From: a bacterium
Lineage (GTDB): Bacteria > Elusimicrobiota > Elusimicrobia > UBA1565 > UBA9628
Length of the DNA stretch: 64,000 nt
Assembly (NCBI GenBank): GCA_021810245.1
Contig: JAJZJF010000003.1
Coordinates: forward strand, 1,052 to 65,051
Direction of reading: 5' to 3'
Below the pieces are notes generated by a model. That model did not search any database, was not told the DNA's origin, and worked only from the letters and a program-made list of their open reading frames with translations. A program made the position numbers and the translations under genes. Positions 1-8,597 of this stretch are shown here, piece by piece. Position 1 is the first letter of the stretch. Every line of letters starts with the position of its first letter.

Positions 1-111
1 ATGCGAGGCGACGCCGATTTGAAGTTGATTGACTCAAAATCCGCCGTCATCGATATGGCGGGAGACAGAAAGTCTCAAATAGAAGCCGCGTTAAAGGTGA
101 TTCTCAAATGA
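1..111 (+). CDS. 3' end of an unidentified upstream gene (partial, 36 codons)
   Basis: Frame 1 is open from the window edge to TGA at 109-111. That stop overlaps the next ATG (ATGA at 108-111), the coupling pattern typical of this window. Too short to assign a function. Confidence 0.3.
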   Translation: MRGDADLKLIDSKSAVIDMAGDRKSQIEAALKVILK

Positions 112-1184
112 CGACCATTCTTTTCTTGCTTAGCTCCAGCTTGTGGGCGCAACAGTTTTCTCCGGCCCATCCCCCTATTGTTTCGCTTTGCCGCTCCTAT
201 TATCAGTCGATTGATAAGGGCGAAAAGGAAAAAATACTCAAACAGATTTCCCAGACCGCTCCCGCAACGCCCATTGACGTTCAATATGATTTTGATCTCT
301 ATATGCGCTATCCGCAGCCGCTGCCTCGGGCTGCGGTGATGAGTTCGCTTTCTCTTCTTAAGGGTCCCAATCGCGAGCTCGCCTCGGTTTTTTTAGGTTA
401 TTTATCGCATAAAGATCCCCAAATATTGATGTTTGCCATTGAGGGAGCATTCCAACTGCGTTCTCAGAGGGCTCTCCCGATCATAGAGAAAATCGCGAAA
501 TCTAAATTTAAATTTTCCGGCCCCGAACAGGCGACGCTTCTTAAGGATAAGCAAATGTGGGCCACTCATTATGAGGCCTTGGACGCGTTGGCTTTATGGG
601 AAGGGGATAAAGCCTTTAAACTGATAGTTAAAAAAGCCGAACAGGCGCCTTCTGTCGCCCGCATTCTCGCTTCTCGTTTTTGGTCCAAAACGTTGCCGCT
701 TTTGGTTGATTGGGCCAAAAGTAATAGCGCGGCGAAGCGGGCGATGGGCGATGAAGCCGCGGCCACGGAAATTCCAATGTCTGTCATGGAGAAATCATAC
801 AATCAGATGCTCGCCATCGTCGAAAACAATCGCTTGCCCAATAATCTTCGCCATCAATTAGCCATCAAGGTGGGAATTTCGGCCAGCGAAGATCAGATTA
901 AGGATTTAATAAAAAAGTATCAATCCCTCAGCGATGAAGATGAGAAAATGATGATTGAAACGGCCCTTTTCGCCTCTCGCAGCCACCAAGTCATTCCCAT
1001 CTTGGTCCATTATGCCAAGACCAATCCCGATCCGATTCGGCGCACCAATGCCAGGCTTGAGCTTAAAGAGCTGATGGATCCGGCGCAATACCGGGGTTTT
1101 CTTGAGTGGGTGGTCAAAAACGACCCGGATTCGGAAAACCGGAAGGAGGCTTCCCAGGAATTGTCTTCGCTGGGCGGAAGCTAA
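108..1184 (+). CDS. Hypothetical secreted alpha-helical (HEAT-like repeat) protein
   Basis: 358-aa ORF with a hydrophobic N-terminus (MTTILFLLSSSLWAQQ). The body is helical and repeat-like (ALPIIEKIAKSK..., VIPILVHYAKTNPDP...). No catalytic motif recognised. Confidence 0.5.
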   Translation: MTTILFLLSSSLWAQQFSPAHPPIVSLCRSYYQSIDKGEKEKILKQISQTAPATPIDVQYDFDLYMRYPQPLPRAAVMSSLSLLKGPNRELASVFLGYLSHKDPQILMFAIEGAFQLRSQRALPIIEKIAKSKFKFSGPEQATLLKDKQMWATHYEALDALALWEGDKAFKLIVKKAEQAPSVARILASRFWSKTLPLLVDWAKSNSAAKRAMGDEAAATEIPMSVMEKSYNQMLAIVENNRLPNNLRHQLAIKVGISASEDQIKDLIKKYQSLSDEDEKMMIETALFASRSHQVIPILVHYAKTNPDPIRRTNARLELKELMDPAQYRGFLEWVVKNDPDSENRKEASQELSSLGGS

Positions 1185-1223
1185 AAACTCTTTCGCGGAT
1201 ATTAAGGGCGCGGGCTTAAGGCC

Positions 1224-3527
1224 TTAGATATCCGCTTTTTTTAATCGCAAGGCGTTTAAGATGACGGAGACCGAGCTAAAGCTCATCATTGCTCCGGCCA
1301 AGGCGGGGCTCAGCAGAGCGGAAGCGCCAAATAAAGGATAAAGCCCTCCCGCCGCGATGGGGATAGCGAGCGCGTTATAGGCGAAGGCCCAAAATAAATT
1401 TTGCCGGATATTGCGTATCGTCAGCTGCGATAATTTGCGGACGCGGGCTACGTCTTTTAAATCTCCGTGAACCAAAACAATGGGAGCGCTTTGAAGAGCG
1501 GCGTCGGTTCCGGCTCCCATCGCGATTCCGACATCGGCTTGGGCCAGAGCGGGGGCGTCGTTGACTCCGTCTCCGGCCATTAAAACCCTGTGTCCTGATT
1601 GTTGGAGACTTTTGATCGTCTCTTGCTTTTGATGGGGCAAGATTCCGGCCTTGATATTTTTAATTTCCAATTTTTTAGCGACCGCTTGGGCGGTCGCCTC
1701 GTCATCTCCGGTCAGCATGACGATTTCAATTCCTTCTTGTTTTAAAATCCTAAGAGCTTCAAAGGCGGGGGCTTTAATCGGATCGGAAATTCCGATGATT
1801 CCGGCGATTTTATTTTCGTCCGCGACAAAAACGACGCTCTGGGCTTCTTCTCTGAGTTCGCGGGCCTTGTCTCTCAAAACGGAAATATCAATAGAATGAT
1901 TTTGGATGAATCTTTCATTTCCAAGCAGGATTTCCCGCCCCGCTATTTTGGCCTTAACTCCTTGCCCGGGGAAAGACTCAAATTGCGAAACCTCTAAAAA
2001 GGGAGTTTGTTCGGAATTGGCTTTTTTGACGATGGCTTCTCCCAAAGGGTGCTCGCTGAGTTTCTCAAGGCTTGCGGCCAGGCTTAAGACTTGAGAAATG
2101 TCAAAGCCGGGCGCGGGGATGAGAGCCGTCAAGCGTGGTTTTCCCTCGGTTAAGGTGCCGGTCTTGTCAATGCAGAGAATATCGGCTCTCTCTAAAATTT
2201 CAAGAGATTCCGCGCTTTTAATTAAGATGCCCATTTCCGCTCCTTTCCCCATTCCCACCATAATCGACATCGGAGTGGCCAGCCCTAGAGCGCAAGGGCA
2301 GGCGATGATGAGAACCGAAATGGAACTGACCAAGGCATGGCTTAAATGCGGAGCGGGGCCGAAAAAAAACCAGAGGAGTCCCGATAGAGCCGCAATCAGA
2401 ACCACGGCGGGGGCGAAATAAGCGGCCGCTTGATCCGCCAGCCTTTGAATTTTGGCGCGGCTTTTTTGAGCCTGGGCGACCAGACGAATCATCTGCGAGA
2501 GAAACGTTTCAAAACCCACTTTTTCCGCTTTCATCGTGAAGCTCCCGGAACCGTTGAGAGATCCGCCGATGACCGGGCTTCCCGCGTTTTTTTCAACCGG
2601 GAAAGACTCGCCGGTTAAAAGAGATTCATCGACGACGCTGCGGCCTTCAAGAACGCTTCCATCGGTCGGTATGCGTTCTCCGGGTTTGACCCTCAAAATA
2701 TCCCCGTGCTTTATTTGTTGGGCGGAGATTTCTTCTTCTTGATCGGCGGAAACGATTCGATGGGCTTTGGGCGGCGAAAGCCGCAAAAGGGCTTCGAGAG
2801 CCCCCATCGCCCGTCTTCGGGCCTTCATCTCAAGCGTTTGCCCCAACAAGACCAAGACGATGATGATGGCCGCGGATTCAAAATAAACCGGGGTTTGCCC
2901 GTTGGAGGTTTTAAACGTTTGAGGAAACCATTGTGGGAAAAAAAGAGAAACGACGCTTGAAAAGTAGGCGATTCCGGTTCCCATGGCAATAAGCGTAAAC
3001 ATATTCGGGCTTTTATTTTTTAGAGATTCCCAGGCGCGGATGAAAAACGGTTTTCCGCACCACAAGACGATGGGGCTGGCTAAAACAAATTCAATCCAGG
3101 ATTGCGTGAGTGTTGGTTTCGACATAGAAGACATGGACACAAACAATAGCGGGATTCCTAAAACAAGCCCAATCCGGAAACGCCGGCTCATATCGGTTAA
3201 TTCCGGATCGGGAGCGCTTTGAAGAGTAGGCATTTCAGGGTCTAGCGCCATTCCGCACAGAGGACAAGAACCGGGGCCCTCATTTTTGACCTCGGGGTGC
3301 ATCGGGCAGCCGTAAAGCGCTCCTGGGATGGGAGGCTCTTTTTCTTGCGCGTTGGGATTGAGAAATTTCTCCGGGTTTAGGGCGAATTTTTCCCGGCAAC
3401 GGGGGTTACAGAAAAAATAGGTTTTGCCTTGGTAAGTAAAAGAGCCGCCTTTGGGATTGGGCGGCAGAACTTCCATTCCGCAGACCGGATCAGTGGCAGA
3501 GGAGGGCGAGCTTGGTAAAGAGTCCAC
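1224..3527 (-). CDS. copA: Copper/heavy-metal translocating P1B-type ATPase with N-terminal YHS/TRASH-type and Cys-rich metal-binding modules
   Basis: The membrane CPC motif (IIACPCALGLATP), phosphorylation site DKTGTLT and hinge GDGVNDAPAL are present. The N-terminus has DPVCGMEV...FFCNPRCREKF and CPMHPEV...CPLCGMAL. Confidence 0.93.
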   Translation of the reverse strand: MDSLPSSPSSATDPVCGMEVLPPNPKGGSFTYQGKTYFFCNPRCREKFALNPEKFLNPNAQEKEPPIPGALYGCPMHPEVKNEGPGSCPLCGMALDPEMPTLQSAPDPELTDMSRRFRIGLVLGIPLLFVSMSSMSKPTLTQSWIEFVLASPIVLWCGKPFFIRAWESLKNKSPNMFTLIAMGTGIAYFSSVVSLFFPQWFPQTFKTSNGQTPVYFESAAIIIVLVLLGQTLEMKARRRAMGALEALLRLSPPKAHRIVSADQEEEISAQQIKHGDILRVKPGERIPTDGSVLEGRSVVDESLLTGESFPVEKNAGSPVIGGSLNGSGSFTMKAEKVGFETFLSQMIRLVAQAQKSRAKIQRLADQAAAYFAPAVVLIAALSGLLWFFFGPAPHLSHALVSSISVLIIACPCALGLATPMSIMVGMGKGAEMGILIKSAESLEILERADILCIDKTGTLTEGKPRLTALIPAPGFDISQVLSLAASLEKLSEHPLGEAIVKKANSEQTPFLEVSQFESFPGQGVKAKIAGREILLGNERFIQNHSIDISVLRDKARELREEAQSVVFVADENKIAGIIGISDPIKAPAFEALRILKQEGIEIVMLTGDDEATAQAVAKKLEIKNIKAGILPHQKQETIKSLQQSGHRVLMAGDGVNDAPALAQADVGIAMGAGTDAALQSAPIVLVHGDLKDVARVRKLSQLTIRNIRQNLFWAFAYNALAIPIAAGGLYPLFGASALLSPALAGAMMSFSSVSVILNALRLKKADI

Positions 3528-3634
3528 CCTTTTATGATATCAGTCTTATTCTTCGAAAGGCAAAGTTTTGGAAAAAGCTCTCGCTTTATGCCACAATAAA
3601 AACGTAGCGCCGAAAGTTAGAAAAGGAGATTCGT

Positions 3635-4174
3635 ATGATTAAAGGAATGATTCTGGGAGCTTTAAGTTTGATTGTCGGCGGCGTCATAGTCGCCTTTCTT
3701 GTCATTAAATTAGGATATGCCCCGGCCAACGCCGACGCAAAACCCTCTTGGCTTGAAAAGACCATCGCAAAAACCGCTTTGCGCGCGGTCATTAATCGCC
3801 AAGCGCCCAAAACCCCCAATCCAGAAGCGCTTAATGATCAAAATTTGATTGAGGGAATTGAAATTTACGCCCAAAACTGCGCGATCTGTCACGGAGCCTC
3901 CGACGGGCAGCCTTCCAATATTGCCTTGGGCCTTTACCAGCGGCCGCCGCAACTAGCGATGGATGGGGTTGAAGATGATCCGCCGGGACATACCTTTTGG
4001 AAGGTTTTCCACGGAATCCGCATGACTGGAATGCCCTCTTTCGCCCATACCCTCACCTCGGAAGAGATTTGGAAAGTGGCTTTATTTCTTCAGAACATGA
4101 AATCCTTGACTCCCGCCGCTCAAGCGGTTTGGAAGCACGTTCCTAGCCAGGCGGTCAAGGCAAAGGCGAGCTGA
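3635..4174 (+). CDS. Membrane-anchored monohaem c-type cytochrome
   Basis: N-terminal TM helix, a single CxxCH (CAICHG) and a distal Met region (GIRMTGMPSF). RBS AAAGGAG lies upstream. Confidence 0.8.
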   Translation: MIKGMILGALSLIVGGVIVAFLVIKLGYAPANADAKPSWLEKTIAKTALRAVINRQAPKTPNPEALNDQNLIEGIEIYAQNCAICHGASDGQPSNIALGLYQRPPQLAMDGVEDDPPGHTFWKVFHGIRMTGMPSFAHTLTSEEIWKVALFLQNMKSLTPAAQAVWKHVPSQAVKAKAS

Positions 4175-5039
4175 TTTCCAGGGCGGGCTCAAGGGCTTTA
4201 AGGGCCTTGGCGCAGTAGATTAGGTTGACGAACAAAAGCGCGCGAGTGACTTGTCCGATTCGGTTGTCCGGGCTCGTGATGATTTTCGCGCGCTCTCGGG
4301 CGGATAGGACGTCAATATTTCCCTGATAAGAGACGTCGATCATCGCAGCTCCAGGTTTAATCCAGCTTGGGTCAATTGAAAAATCGGGGCTGGGCACCGC
4401 CGTCACTAAAATATCCGCGCGCCGGATGCATTCCTCTAAATCAGCTTTTTTAGTTTTATCATGGCATTTGACGACCGTCGCGCCTAAATTTTCCAGCATG
4501 AGCCCCAAAGGCTTTCCCACCCGCATCGAATTATTGACGATAGAGACAAAAGAGCCTTCAATTGGAACTCCATGTTCTTGAAGGGTTTTAACGACGGCTT
4601 TGGCGGTCGCGGGAACCACGCATTTGGTTGTTTGACCCGCGTCTAAAAATTTTTTGTATTTGATCAGATATCCCAGATTGAGAGAATGAAGGCCTTCGAC
4701 ATCTTTAAGAGGGCTGACTAAATCCATTAAGTCTTCATCCGGCATGGACCCATGAATCGGATAAAAGACGAGAATGCCGGAAATGGAGGGGTCTAGATTC
4801 AGTTTCCCAATTAAAGACCAAAGCTCGCTTTCGGAGGCGGGTTCAAATTTTTTCGCGTTAAATCCCAGCCTAGCGGCGTCTTTAAGAATTAAATCGCGGT
4901 ATTGAACAGACGCTTCTTGCGCCCGCGGTTTAAAAAGAACGGTCGCGAGAGTTGGAATTTGAGAAAGGCGAGTCAACTCCCCTTGGGCCCACTCTTTGAA
5001 TTTCTCAGCGACTGCTCGGCAGTCAAAAGTCTCCGACAT
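4155..5039 (-). CDS. Divergent FolD-like (methylene-THF dehydrogenase/cyclohydrolase family) protein
   Basis: Overall FolD layout is present (SGILVFYPI..., KDVEGLH, VVPATAKAV, WIKPGAAMIDV). The canonical GRSxxVGxP is NNSMRVGKP here, and PVPGGVGP is SPDNRIGQ. Confidence 0.65.
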   Translation of the reverse strand: MSETFDCRAVAEKFKEWAQGELTRLSQIPTLATVLFKPRAQEASVQYRDLILKDAARLGFNAKKFEPASESELWSLIGKLNLDPSISGILVFYPIHGSMPDEDLMDLVSPLKDVEGLHSLNLGYLIKYKKFLDAGQTTKCVVPATAKAVVKTLQEHGVPIEGSFVSIVNNSMRVGKPLGLMLENLGATVVKCHDKTKKADLEECIRRADILVTAVPSPDFSIDPSWIKPGAAMIDVSYQGNIDVLSARERAKIITSPDNRIGQVTRALLFVNLIYCAKALKALEPALEISSPLP

Positions 5040-5057
5040 TCTTCTATCATATATGAT

Positions 5058-5816
5058 GTGGAGAGCGCGAAGCTAATTAAAAAGGAAAGGTTGGATGTTT
5101 TGTTGGTTGAGCGCGGCTTTTTTGAAACCCGGTCAAAAGCCTTGGCCGCGGTGATGGCGGGGCAGGTTCGGGTTGATGACGCAGTCCTCACCAAGGCGGG
5201 GACCATGGTTTTAAAATCAGCCCTGATAGAAATTTCTCTTCCTTGCCCCTACGTCTCTCGCGGGGGCTTTAAGCTTGCGGCGGCCTTAGAAGCCTTTCAT
5301 GTCGATGTCGCCGGAAAAATCGCCCTTGACGTGGGAGCTTCGACCGGAGGTTTTAGCGATTGCCTGCTTCAAAAAGGCGCCAAGAAAATTTACGCTCTCG
5401 ATGTCGGACATGGACAGATCGCCCCAAAAATCAGGGGCGATTGTCGGGTGGTCGTTTACGAGAAAGTTAACGCTCGCTTTTTAAAACCGGAGGAATTTTC
5501 CCCGCGGCCCGCCTTGGCCGTCATTGACGTTTCTTTTATCTCTTTGACCCAGGTTTTAAAACCCGTTTTCGATTGTCTGGAAGAGCCTTGGGAAATCATC
5601 GCCTTAATTAAGCCGCAGTTTGAAGTAGGGCCGAAACTGGCTCCCAAGGGAATTGTTCGGACGGAAGAAGCCCGGCAGATGGCGATATCCAAAATCCGGG
5701 ATTTTTTGCCGTCTATCGGCCTTAAAGAGTATGGGCTTATCGAGTCGCCCATTTCGGGGGCCAAAGGAAACCGGGAATTTCTCATTTATCTTAAAAAAAG
5801 CGAGAATAAGGCATGA
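5058..5816 (+). CDS. tlyA: TlyA-family rRNA 2'-O-ribose methyltransferase (S4 domain + FtsJ-like methyltransferase)
   Basis: KERLDVLLVERGFFETRSKA (S4-like) and DVGASTGGFSDCLLQKGAKKIYALDVG (SAM-binding) are present. The tracked ORF start at 4902 overlaps the convergent folD-like gene, so GTG at 5058 is the first plausible start beyond it. Confidence 0.85.
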   Translation: MESAKLIKKERLDVLLVERGFFETRSKALAAVMAGQVRVDDAVLTKAGTMVLKSALIEISLPCPYVSRGGFKLAAALEAFHVDVAGKIALDVGASTGGFSDCLLQKGAKKIYALDVGHGQIAPKIRGDCRVVVYEKVNARFLKPEEFSPRPALAVIDVSFISLTQVLKPVFDCLEEPWEIIALIKPQFEVGPKLAPKGIVRTEEARQMAISKIRDFLPSIGLKEYGLIESPISGAKGNREFLIYLKKSENKA

Positions 5817-6544
5817 AGTTTTCCGGCAAGGTCGCTTTCGTGACCGGCGCGTCTAAGCGCATTGGACGCGAGATCGGGTTTTTTTTATCCCAGCGCGGAA
5901 TGAAAATCGCGCTTCATTACCACCGCTCGAAAAAAGAAGCCTTGGAATTGGCGTCTCAAATCAATCGCATTCACCCGGGGCAGGCCAAGGCGGTTAAGGC
6001 CAATTTAGAGGATCCTCGGCAAATTAAAAAAGCCGTCGCGGAGGCGGGAAATTATTTTAAGAAAATAGACGTTCTGATTAACAACGCTTCAATTTACGAA
6101 AAAAATCAATTTGGAAAGACAAGCCTCAAGGATTGGGATCGCCACCTAAATACCAATTTGCGTGCGCCTTTTTTCTTGGCTCAGGAAATCGTTCCGTGGA
6201 TGAAAGAGGGGGGGCAGATCATCAATATCGCCGATTGGGCCGGCATTCGGCCCTATCCCGATTTTATCCCTTACTGCGTGTCAAAAGCGGGTCTTTTATG
6301 TCTCAACACTGCCTTGGCAAAAGCCTTGGCTCCCAAGATTAGGGTCAACGCGATTTTGCCGGGGCCGATTCTGTTGCCGGAAGGCTCATCGACTCAGTTT
6401 AAACAGGCGGTGATTGCGGCGACTCCTTTAAAGAAAATTGGTTCGCCTCAAGATATCGTTCAAGCCGTCGCCTTTTTAATTGAATCCGGATCTTTTGTGA
6501 CCGGCGCGCAGATTCCAGTTGACGGCGGGAGGTTAATCGCATGA
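5813..6544 (+). CDS. SDR-family oxidoreductase, pteridine reductase / FolM-like
   Basis: TGASKRIG Rossmann motif followed by ...HYHRS, the pattern of PTR1/FolM-type SDRs. The YxxxK active site is YCVSK. ATGA-coupled to tlyA and to the downstream pterin synthase. Confidence 0.7.
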   Translation: MKFSGKVAFVTGASKRIGREIGFFLSQRGMKIALHYHRSKKEALELASQINRIHPGQAKAVKANLEDPRQIKKAVAEAGNYFKKIDVLINNASIYEKNQFGKTSLKDWDRHLNTNLRAPFFLAQEIVPWMKEGGQIINIADWAGIRPYPDFIPYCVSKAGLLCLNTALAKALAPKIRVNAILPGPILLPEGSSTQFKQAVIAATPLKKIGSPQDIVQAVAFLIESGSFVTGAQIPVDGGRLIA

Positions 6545-6954
6545 ATCCAAAAAACTACCAAGTGACCAGAGTCATTCATTTCTGTTACGGGCATCGGCTT
6601 CTCGAATATTCCGGGAAATGCCGCCATCCCCATGGGCATAATGGCGTTTTGGAAATTACGATTTCATCGTCTGTCTTGGATTCTTTGGGGATGGTGATTG
6701 ATTTTGACGAGATCAAAAAAAAGATTCAAGCGTGGGTGGATGCGGAGCTGGATCACAAGATGATTTTAAATGAAAAAGACCCTTTGGTTCCGGTTCTTCA
6801 GCAGATGGGAGATCCGGTGGTTCTTTTTCCTTCTAATCCCACGGCGGAAAATATCGCCAAATATATTTTTGATTACGCGAAAAAACAAAACCTAGACGTT
6901 CGCTCGGTCAAATTGTGGGAAACTCAAAACTCCTGCGCGGAATATCAGCCTTAG
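6541..6954 (+). CDS. 6-carboxy-/6-pyruvoyl-tetrahydropterin synthase family protein (QueD/PTPS)
   Basis: The protein is 137 aa. It has FCYGHRL and KCRHPHGHNG zinc/active-site motifs typical of the PTPS/QueD family. Confidence 0.88.
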   Translation: MNPKNYQVTRVIHFCYGHRLLEYSGKCRHPHGHNGVLEITISSSVLDSLGMVIDFDEIKKKIQAWVDAELDHKMILNEKDPLVPVLQQMGDPVVLFPSNPTAENIAKYIFDYAKKQNLDVRSVKLWETQNSCAEYQP

Positions 6955-7910
6955 ATTTGAAATTTGTTTAAAAAGACCTTGCCCTCGGGGATATAAAAAT
7001 TTTCTCCGCTAAGGAGACTCACCTTGTCTTTAATGCCCTGAGGCGAAACTGAAACCCTCAGGGAATGATAAAATTTATCCGCCACTCCGGATGGAAATAG
7101 TGGAGACCCGCCGCCGCCGGTTAAAACGTAACGGACCCCTTTGTAATCGCAGACGGCAAAGGCGTGTATGTGGCCGGTATAAACGCGGTCGACTTTGTGC
7201 CGGGCCATCATTTCGATAAATTCCTCGGAGCCTTTTTTGAATCCGCCCCGGCAGGAAATGGGAATGTCGTTCCAGAAACGCAGGCTCATCGGCGGCATAT
7301 GGGTGAGGACGATTTTTTTTAACGGAGTGTTGAGAGCTAAATTGAGCCAGCGCAATTGCGCGCGGGTGATTTTCGCGCGGCTAGAATCTAAAATGATTAA
7401 ACGGACCGGGCCGCGATCGAAGAAATAGTTGGTTTTCTGGCCGAAGAAAGATCGGTAGAGTTTTGAGTGGGATCTCCCATTGGGCCTTGAACGGTCGTGA
7501 TTTCCAATGACCGTTAAATAAGGTATTGTCGGAGGCTCGCTTGAGAGAGTCTGAAAAAATTTCCGGTAATTTTCGAGAGTTCCGCGGCTGACCATATCTC
7601 CCAGTTGAAACATAAAATCAAGCGGAAGATTTCTAAGGGAGAGGAGATGCTTGGTAAATACCGCCGGCTCGCTAAAAAGTTTTCTAAATATCCAAAATCT
7701 TCCAGGCTCGGAATCCCCTAGAATGGCGAAATCAAATGAATCATGGGGAGACATCGGCTTACTAAGAAGTTTGTCGAGTTGATTGGACCTTTTCCAAGGG
7801 TGGGAGGAGGCCTTGACCTCGCCATAAAGATCGTCGAAAGAATCTTTTTCCTCAGTTTGGGAAGAAGGAAAAGAAAGCGGCCAAGGAACCTCAAAAGGAA
7901 GAGAGATCAT
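6951..7910 (-). CDS. Calcineurin-like metallophosphoesterase
   Basis: Motifs GDSEPG, GDMVSRG, GNHD and GHIH appear in the canonical order. The start overlaps the stop of the upstream HNH gene by 4 nt. Confidence 0.8.
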   Translation of the reverse strand: MISLPFEVPWPLSFPSSQTEEKDSFDDLYGEVKASSHPWKRSNQLDKLLSKPMSPHDSFDFAILGDSEPGRFWIFRKLFSEPAVFTKHLLSLRNLPLDFMFQLGDMVSRGTLENYRKFFQTLSSEPPTIPYLTVIGNHDRSRPNGRSHSKLYRSFFGQKTNYFFDRGPVRLIILDSSRAKITRAQLRWLNLALNTPLKKIVLTHMPPMSLRFWNDIPISCRGGFKKGSEEFIEMMARHKVDRVYTGHIHAFAVCDYKGVRYVLTGGGGSPLFPSGVADKFYHSLRVSVSPQGIKDKVSLLSGENFYIPEGKVFLNKFQI

Positions 7911-8506
7911 TCGTTTTCAAGGGGCGCGTCCCAATAGGCGTTATCAATAAATCGCTGCCAGGATCTGCGCAATTGAGCCGGGGCGCGCATAAAGACGATA
8001 GAGCCCCTCTTCATTTTTGGACGAGAGATGGGAATTAATAGGCGCATTCCCGCTTCTCTTGGAAGACGATTTCCTTTTTTTAAGTTACAAGGCACGCAGG
8101 AAGTGACGATGTTTGACCAATCGGTTTTCCCGCCGCGGGATTTGGGAATGACATGGTCGAGATTGAGTTGATTGAGCGCGAATTTTTTCCCGCAGTAGCA
8201 ACAGCGGTGCTTGTAATGGAGATAAATATTGCGCCGGGTAAATGGAATTTCGCGCAAAGGCGCTTGGTCAAAGAAGTTCAGGGCAATGACTTCCGGAATG
8301 GCGATCTTAAAGGAAGGGGTGCTGACAAACCCCGCGGGATTTTTTTTAATTACCCGAGAAAGTTCTACCCAGTCTTTAAAATTATGGGTTTGATAGTCTT
8401 CTCCAACCACCGAGGCTCTTCCTAAATAAAGGAGAGACAAGGCCCTCCGCCAGGAGGACACCTCGACGGCGCAAAAACTGCGATTAAGGACAAGAACTTC
8501 GCTCAT
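7907..8506 (-). CDS. HNH endonuclease
   Basis: CCYCG...LNLDHVIPKSRGG...WSNIVTSCVPCNLKKG is an HNH/zinc-finger core. The N-terminal VLVLNRSF...SWRRALSLL module is common in stand-alone HNH proteins. Confidence 0.85.
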   Translation of the reverse strand: MSEVLVLNRSFCAVEVSSWRRALSLLYLGRASVVGEDYQTHNFKDWVELSRVIKKNPAGFVSTPSFKIAIPEVIALNFFDQAPLREIPFTRRNIYLHYKHRCCYCGKKFALNQLNLDHVIPKSRGGKTDWSNIVTSCVPCNLKKGNRLPREAGMRLLIPISRPKMKRGSIVFMRAPAQLRRSWQRFIDNAYWDAPLENE

Positions 8507-8597
8507 ATAACCTCATCCGTAGTATAACAGGCGTTTGTTAAATTTTCCAGTCCCAATATTTAAAGACGGGAATATTCCTTAAGTTATAGAATAACCC

